Shown here piece after piece: positions 57,463 to 64,000 of a stretch of 64,000 nucleotides of DNA (positions are counted from its first letter, which is position 1; every line of letters starts with the position of its first letter). This stretch comes from Eledone cirrhosa. Taxonomy: Eukaryota. The translations under genes and the position numbers were made by a program. The stretch covers positions 357,616,001 through 357,680,000 of the forward strand of contig OZ024743.1 in the NCBI GenBank assembly GCA_964016885.1, given 5' to 3'. The notes beneath the pieces were generated by a model. The model worked only from the letters and a program-made list of their open reading frames with translations, was not told where the DNA came from and did no database searches.

Positions 57463-59444
57463 CAATGAATGTCTACAATCTGTATAAGGAAACTGATATA
57501 ATACACTATAGAACAATAGAACAATTGAATTATTATGATCCAGCTACATCCTAGAATTAGAAGTTATTTCTTGAGCCAATGAGGGAATTTCTAAAGGTTG
57601 TTAAGGCTGCTAGAAATATTAGTCAAATGTGCCTCAAACCACACACTACTATCTTTAAAATAGTGACGGACACACTGGAGAATATAGTCCTGGACATGCA
57701 ATGCTCAAAACAGGACGAGTTGCTCACGATAGAAACGCCTTTGTTCATACAATTAATTGTTTCTATTGTATTTAACCTTGCTCGAAAGTACAGTTTGGAT
57801 TATCCACATTATCTACGATTAATCTACATTTTACCTCTGTCTGTCTATTTGACATCTACACACTATGTCTAATCTATTTGACATCTACACACTATGTCTA
57901 ATCTATTTGACATACACAAGATGTATCTTCTATCCAACGTAAATTTACAAATTGTGTTCATCTGGTCAACATTTACCGTTAACATACCTCAACCACATCC
58001 AGATAACCCCAGCAAAAGGTGTCTCTGTTTTTATTCATTTTGATTGCTTGATTGATTAGTTCTGTGTCTGCTGTGTTATCTCAAAAACTACTGACTCTGA
58101 GAAGTCTAATAATTTTTTTTCTTCATCAAAATGAAAAAAAGAATGTTTTTGTTTCACGATTTTTTAGCAAGTTTGGGGGAATATATCATACGAATTATGT
58201 CTTATAGAAAAATCGAAATTAGTTAGTGAAAAAAATTAAATGCATTAGAAATACTGGTTTTGTGTAAACAAAGCCCTTTATACGAGAAATCATATGGAAA
58301 AGAAATACCTTCGTATACATAGTTATATTGTAGCACAATTTATGTGAGATATTAGTAAATATATCATTTAGTAAAACAAAATATATTCATGTACTGTAAA
58401 TAACTATTGATATGCAGCACAAACAGTATCCCTTACATATTGGGGTTGTTATAACTGATTTATATACATTAAAATACTGACCACATATGTCGACAAAATT
58501 AGTTAAACAGCAAATACGCTTATTTCAGATATTAGTTGACAGTTAATTATACGTTAAAACTTAATCTTATATAAAGATACACATATTATTACAGTTACAA
58601 CATATCTTCCATGTATTGGTGGTTATGATGGTTAGTAATAAATTATACATGTAAACACTAACCACATATGGAGAAATGCATACTAACATATGTAACATAT
58701 GCTACACAGTAACACGATATCTTTCATGTATTGGTAACTATTTCAGTAATGAAATATACAATCAACCATTGACTACATATGTAAATGAAAATATTTCGTT
58801 TTATTATCCAATGCTATATTTAATATTTAATTCTAGCTTTGACACAAAACAACACATTTTATAAGAGGGTATAGGAATTAAATCGACCTCAGTATTTGAT
58901 CGATTCTTCATTAAATCAACCCCAGAATGGGCGAGAGGCAAAATTCACATCGGTACAATTAGAAATGAAACATTTTTGTTTGTTATTAAGTTAAATATTT
59001 ATTTCAATTACCTAACAGAATGGCTAGAAAGAAATCAATTTGATTTAGTATAGGTACTTATTTCCCCTTTCACATTCATATAGTATGACATAAAAAGGAA
59101 AACTAGTCAAATAAAAACGGACATGAACTTGGCGTATACGTTATACATCTATATATATATATAATAGGTAGTTGTGTGGAGTGGAGAGGTTCATTGAGTC
59201 AAACATCCTCACAGCCATTGTAATAATAATTCATTCTCTCTAACCAACAGATAACGCTTCAATGGATACCGATCAAAATTATGCTGAAAAAAGGACGAGG
59301 AAAATCATGCTACTTTTACCTCTTTACAGACAACTGACGCTGCACACCAGGTCTGAACACAGAAGAGCCGAACTCCCACTGTCATCGCCTGCATCTCTCA
59401 CGCCCTATCCATCTCTCTCTCTATTATGAGAAAATGGGGTCCCA

Positions 59445-59670
59445 CATGCTGGCCGCCCCACGGCCCCGGCGGACAGAATGGTGAAGGCGTTTCCCTGGGG
59501 GATGGTAAGGGAGATGCGCTGGAAGAACCATTCCTTCTCGTGAGACTCACACCTGCGGCTAGCCAGATCAGCGCCTATGGTGGAAAGTAAGGCGGTAGCC
59601 CTGGGGCCAAGGACACCAGAAGTCTCCACTGCTATGGGCTCGATTGCAAATCTGTCGGAGAGCGATCGGT
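59445..59670 (-). pseudogene. Second CRE-like RLE 3' fragment, related to 19590-20120
   Basis: YRSLSDRFAIEPIAVETSGVLGPRAT..FFQRISL..QGNAF.ILSAGAV. Confidence 0.8.
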
Positions 59671-60091
59671 ATAGTAGACAAAATATTTGATTCAGGGTCC
59701 CATTTCACTGCGTGGAATCAAGTGTCATTTGTCATAGCTTGGGTTAACCAAGGCCATATGAGTTAACCAAGGCCATTGAGCTGACGAAAACTGTTTGGAA
59801 GCTCGTCAGATTGAGTATAATATAACTGGAATTCAATTCAAACGGCCAACCATGTTACACACAGTATCACACTGAATCTCCCTGAGAATTACGTTAAGAG
59901 TACAAATGTCTGTAGAATGCTCAGCCACATATAGGTCAATTTCATGAGCAGACTGCTCCGTTGGTCAAACACATGAAACGCTCACTGTAGAAATTAACCG
60001 TGATGCATTCTATCCCATATACAGTACTAGTGCATAAATTTTATCTAACTCGAAAAATATTGGAATACAAACTCTTAATACAAATATACAA

Positions 60092-63000
60092 TGTATGTAT
60101 GTATGTATGTATGTATATATGTATGTTTTCTCTTTCTCTTAATTTTGAGTATATTTTTTGACCGGCCACCTTCCTGGTGGCAAGGTTGTAAAAGAAAAGA
60201 AATTGTCATCCCTTGAATCGCAAGAATGTTTTGCAAATTTTGAAGGTGCCAGCTATCGCAGCCATTTGTAGACTATGAATTAGGGAGCTGCGCTTTTTGT
60301 CCGCAAATCCAAGTTCAGTCATACTTTGGTCCAAGCGGGTTGGTATATAACCCGTAGCACCAATAATGATGGGTATGAAGCTAAAGGTGTATCTTGGATA
60401 CTGGATTTGTAAACTCCTCATCAATGGTCCGTAGATGTCCTCCTTCTCCTGTATTTTTCTGACAACGTTTACATCAAGTGGGCAGCTGATCTCCACAACA
60501 GAACACGTTTTCAATGTGTGGTCCCAAACTACAATATCAGGCCGGTTGTGCTTTAATTTGGTGGCAGTTTTTATTTTCAGGTTCCACCAGTATTCCTTAG
60601 TGCCATCTGTCTCAATATATTCTTCCTCGTTTGTTGTTGATTTTGTTTTCCGAAGTGCGTTCCAGATGGTTCTAGCTATCCCATCGTGTCTCATGGGGAG
60701 GTAGTAGCGAGATGACATTCTTTCGCAGCTGGCAACAATGTGGCTTACATCCTCGATCTTTGTTTTACATAGCCTACATTTATTGTCAGCTGCTGGCCCT
60801 CCTCTTTTGTGCAGCAGATATTTGGTAGGGAGTTCTTGTTCCTGTATTGCATAGAGATATCCCTCAAGGTGTGATGTCATAAACTTGTCGGAACTCCATG
60901 CCAGGCTTTTTGAGTGGTTTATCCCCTCTATGGTCTGTGTTTTACGCCTCAAGTATCCATGCACAACTTTTTCTGTAAATTGGTCAATTTTTTTTTCTTG
61001 TTTGAACATTGAATAGGATCTTCCGATTTCTCTGGGTGAGAGATTTATATCGGGCTTTATTCCATATCTCTCCTCCAGATCAGTCGCTATTCTAATGATA
61101 TTTCTTTTTTCATGGTCATAAACCTGGGCAAGATGGTTGCCAACCTTTTTCCTCTGTTGAAGGTGTTGCTTCAGTGTCACTATCCGGGTCTCATATGTTG
61201 TTAATATTGATTTTAGACCCCGGCCACCTTCCTTGCGTGAGAAGTATAGCCTATCCACATCACCATTGATGTTAAAGTTCCCAGTAACACTGAGAAGTTT
61301 TCGAGTTCTAACATCCATCTCACTTAGTTCTTGCAATGACCAGTTCAGTAGGCCAAATGTTGGCGTTAGAATTGGCACAGCATAAGTATTGTGGGCAATG
61401 TATTTGTTGTATGCTGACAGTTCTGATGACCATATTTTCTTTACTCTTCTGAGGTATTCAGTTCTGGTTCTCTCCTTATTTATGGGTCTATCATATCTGA
61501 CATTCTCATCCTGTCCAAGATATCTGTAGTTGTCACCTGACTGCAGAGGTTGTATTGTCAGGCCGTTCATCTCTAGATTTCTAGAGGAGGGCACAGCTCT
61601 TCCACGTTTTACTGCCAAATATGCACACTTGGACTCACCAAATTTCATTTTGATGTCGGTTGAAAATTGTGTAATGAGGTCCAATTGTTTCTTGATGTCA
61701 TTGATATTTGGCCCATACAACTTCAGGTCATCAACAAAGAAAAGATGGGAGATACTTCTGGTCCCACTTCTTTGTCGACCTTGTTTCCTGAGTAGGTAAG
61801 ATAGTGGATTCAGTGAGAGAACGAAGAGTAGCACTGACAAGCTATCACCCTGAAAGATGCCCTTCTGGTAATGTATCTTATCAGTCTTAACCTGCTCCTT
61901 CTCACCTCTAAGGATCAAACTGGTGTACCAGTTCTTGGTCAGGCGTTCAACAGCAGCTACCAATGGTTGTGGGACTTTAGCTAACTGTAAAGCCTTAACA
62001 ATCCACCCATGAGGTACACTATCAAATGCTTTTTGATAGTCCAGCCACACGACAGTCATGTTTCTGCGATTCTTTGTTGTTTTTTCCTGAATCATTTTGT
62101 TAGTTAGTAGGTGATCTATGCAACCCCACACCTCCCTCTTTCCACCAGCTTGCTCAGGTGTTATGATGTTGTTGGTAGCACAGTGATCCTGTAAGAACAG
62201 GTTAAGGCACCCAGTATATAATTTATACATGATGTTTTGGCAGGCAATTGGGCGGTAATTTTTAGCAAGGGTGGTTTGGCTATTTTGGGGAATGAGGAGA
62301 GTAGAGGCAGTTGATAACCATCTGGGCAGTTCTTGTGTGCCCTTAATGGTTTCTGTAAACAGCCGTATGAGATCTTGCCGATAGAAAGTGAAATTCTTCA
62401 ACCAGTATCCTGTAATGAGGTCTGGGCCTGGCGATTTCCTATTCGACATTTTCTGTAGAGCTGTTTCCAGTATTGACCCATCTATGTCATATTGTTTTGT
62501 CTGGACATGTTGGCAGTAGTCCTGTTCCAGTTCTTTTAGCCAATTAGCTTGTCTGTTGAATCCGTCATCCGTTTCCCATACAGATCTCCAGTAGCTCTCA
62601 ACCTGTTCTTTTGAAGGGGTGTCATTTACAGAGATTGAGCTTTTGCCACCGAAGCTGCGATAAACTGATTTAGGATCTCTGGCAAACAATCTATTTAGCA
62701 CTTGTCGTTTATGTGCTGTTGACTTATATTTTAGTCTTTCTGTTGTAGCTGTGAGTTGTTGTTTCAACTGGTGTAATTTGGAGTTCAAAGTTTTAAATTT
62801 TGTATCTCCAAATCTTCTCTCTAACTTTTTCTTTAGGTCTTCCTGGTGTTGTGTGAAGTTGCTCTCTATGTTGCATTTCATAACGACTGCGATGTGTGAG
62901 ATACTTCGTCTCAGGGACAAAATTTTGGTTTTTAAATTTCGCATCCACGCTGGTTCAGGCTTTCTGTTTGTATCTTGATTGCGTGGTTTTAGATGTGTGT

Positions 63001-63800
63001 TATATGCTAGCAATGTGACAGCTGAAACATATAACAAAACATTAAGCGTTTCAAATGTCGTTTCTACACCTTTAGATCGTATAGCCTTCAGATAATTGCC
63101 AGCTATTTCGTTCACCGCTTCCAATTCCAATTTAGTGGGTTCTTTACTGACTCTAGTGTTGTATGGTCTGTCACTCACATTAAGGCTGTGTATCTCTTGA
63201 AACATATCATTCCATATCACTTGTAGGGAGCCCACAAGTTTTTGGTGCTCTGTTTGTTCAGTAGAGTCATGCATTTCAGCCTCGTTGTTGATGTGGTGAC
63301 AATTACTACTAGAGTCAGCTGACCTTTCTCGCTGTTCTTCAGTGGAAGTGGGATGAATTTCAGTAAAATTGTTGGTGAGCTGTTCACTGTTAGATTTAGC
63401 TGGCCATTCCCTTTGTCTGTCAGTGTAGGTGGGGTGGTTGTCTACAAGGGCTGTATTTGTAGTATCACTCGATTCCGTTAGATGTATCAATTTACATCTA
63501 ATGATACGTTTTGCCTGTTCATTTAAATGCTTTGGAGAAAAGTCTAATTCTGGGTGTTTGGAGTTCCATAAAGTTTTTAGCCTTTGCATAAAACCGAACT
63601 TTTGGGGTTCAGATTGTTTGTATGCTTCATATAATACTTTGTTAAGCTCGTAGGTCCACTGTATACAACGGTTGTAATTGCGATTTGGTCGAAGGAGACT
63701 TGTACTTTTTGCCATGATGAGTTCGTCTATTCACTAATATTTCGTATTTATTTTTCAAAATAGTCGATGATCTTCTTTAAAAGTTACGACAAAGTTCTGT
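60092..63800 (-). mobile_element. R4/Dong-type non-LTR retrotransposon, apparently full length (5' end uncertain)
   Basis: Single long ORF, ~80-nt 3' UTR and (TACA)n tail/target at 60092-60126. Confidence 0.85.
60206..63715 (-). CDS. RT + CCHC zinc knuckle + restriction-like endonuclease (R4/Dong clade), 1169 aa
   Basis: KSPGPD, YRPIAC, WLDYQKAFDSVPH, GIFQGDSLS, HLFFVDDLKLY, YRYLG, RKEGGRGL, CRLC..EDVSHIVASC, RHD, RPDIVV..VEISCP..K..Y; no internal stops. Confidence 0.93.
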   Translation of the reverse strand: MAKSTSLLRPNRNYNRCIQWTYELNKVLYEAYKQSEPQKFGFMQRLKTLWNSKHPELDFSPKHLNEQAKRIIRCKLIHLTESSDTTNTALVDNHPTYTDRQREWPAKSNSEQLTNNFTEIHPTSTEEQRERSADSSSNCHHINNEAEMHDSTEQTEHQKLVGSLQVIWNDMFQEIHSLNVSDRPYNTRVSKEPTKLELEAVNEIAGNYLKAIRSKGVETTFETLNVLLYVSAVTLLAYNTHLKPRNQDTNRKPEPAWMRNLKTKILSLRRSISHIAVVMKCNIESNFTQHQEDLKKKLERRFGDTKFKTLNSKLHQLKQQLTATTERLKYKSTAHKRQVLNRLFARDPKSVYRSFGGKSSISVNDTPSKEQVESYWRSVWETDDGFNRQANWLKELEQDYCQHVQTKQYDIDGSILETALQKMSNRKSPGPDLITGYWLKNFTFYRQDLIRLFTETIKGTQELPRWLSTASTLLIPQNSQTTLAKNYRPIACQNIMYKLYTGCLNLFLQDHCATNNIITPEQAGGKREVWGCIDHLLTNKMIQEKTTKNRRNMTVVWLDYQKAFDSVPHGWIVKALQLAKVPQPLVAAVERLTKNWYTSLILRGEKEQVKTDKIHYQKGIFQGDSLSVLLFVLSLNPLSYLLRKQGRQRSGTRSISHLFFVDDLKLYGPNINDIKKQLDLITQFSTDIKMKFGESKCAYLAVKRGRAVPSSRNLEMNGLTIQPLQSGDNYRYLGQDENVRYDRPINKERTRTEYLRRVKKIWSSELSAYNKYIAHNTYAVPILTPTFGLLNWSLQELSEMDVRTRKLLSVTGNFNINGDVDRLYFSRKEGGRGLKSILTTYETRIVTLKQHLQQRKKVGNHLAQVYDHEKRNIIRIATDLEERYGIKPDINLSPREIGRSYSMFKQEKKIDQFTEKVVHGYLRRKTQTIEGINHSKSLAWSSDKFMTSHLEGYLYAIQEQELPTKYLLHKRGGPAADNKCRLCKTKIEDVSHIVASCERMSSRYYLPMRHDGIARTIWNALRKTKSTTNEEEYIETDGTKEYWWNLKIKTATKLKHNRPDIVVWDHTLKTCSVVEISCPLDVNVVRKIQEKEDIYGPLMRSLQIQYPRYTFSFIPIIIGATGYIPTRLDQSMTELGFADKKRSSLIHSLQMAAIAGTFKICKTFLRFKG

Positions 63801-64000
63801 CAGAATCAAATTTAAAGTTATTCACAGCTTGAGTAATATTTCTTTTCAGTTAGTTTTTAATTCTACAACTGTGTTTTATATAAATGTAATATTTCTTTAT
63901 AAATGTAATATAACAACGTTGCATTTATATGTTAAAGTGTATGTATCGTTCATATATCATAAGTGTATGTATCGTTCATATAAATAGGTGTTTTACAACA

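Overview
AT-rich eukaryotic genomic DNA with abundant (TA)n/(CA)n/(GA)n microsatellites. It is probably an octopod cephalopod, inferred from a recognisable tRNA-headed Nin/Deu-domain SINE family. No host gene can be confidently called, and most short ORFs in the track are microsatellite artefacts. The window is dominated by retroelements: (1) four diverged, defective Penelope-like elements (PLEs; RT + Cys-rich linker + GIY-YIG, Naiad-like) plus a remnant, several with inverted pseudo-LTRs; (2) one intact 1169-aa R4/Dong-type RT-RLE ORF; (3) RTE and CRE-like LINE fragments, a mariner fragment, a non-autonomous Helitron and a SINE cluster. The most striking feature is about 20 complete or near-complete type I hammerhead ribozyme (HHR) motifs plus several half-motifs. 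They sit in PLE pLTRs and in at least seven unrelated non-coding units of about 440-660 nt. These units are inserted in (TA)n tracts, are terminally redundant (more than one monomer, as expected from a circular or tandem RNA template) and/or are folded back into palindromes whose turn-around points often coincide with hammerhead helices. Together they look like a diverse retrozyme-like, PLE-mobilised system. All structures were read by eye, so coordinates may be off by a few bases and ribozyme activity is not demonstrated.
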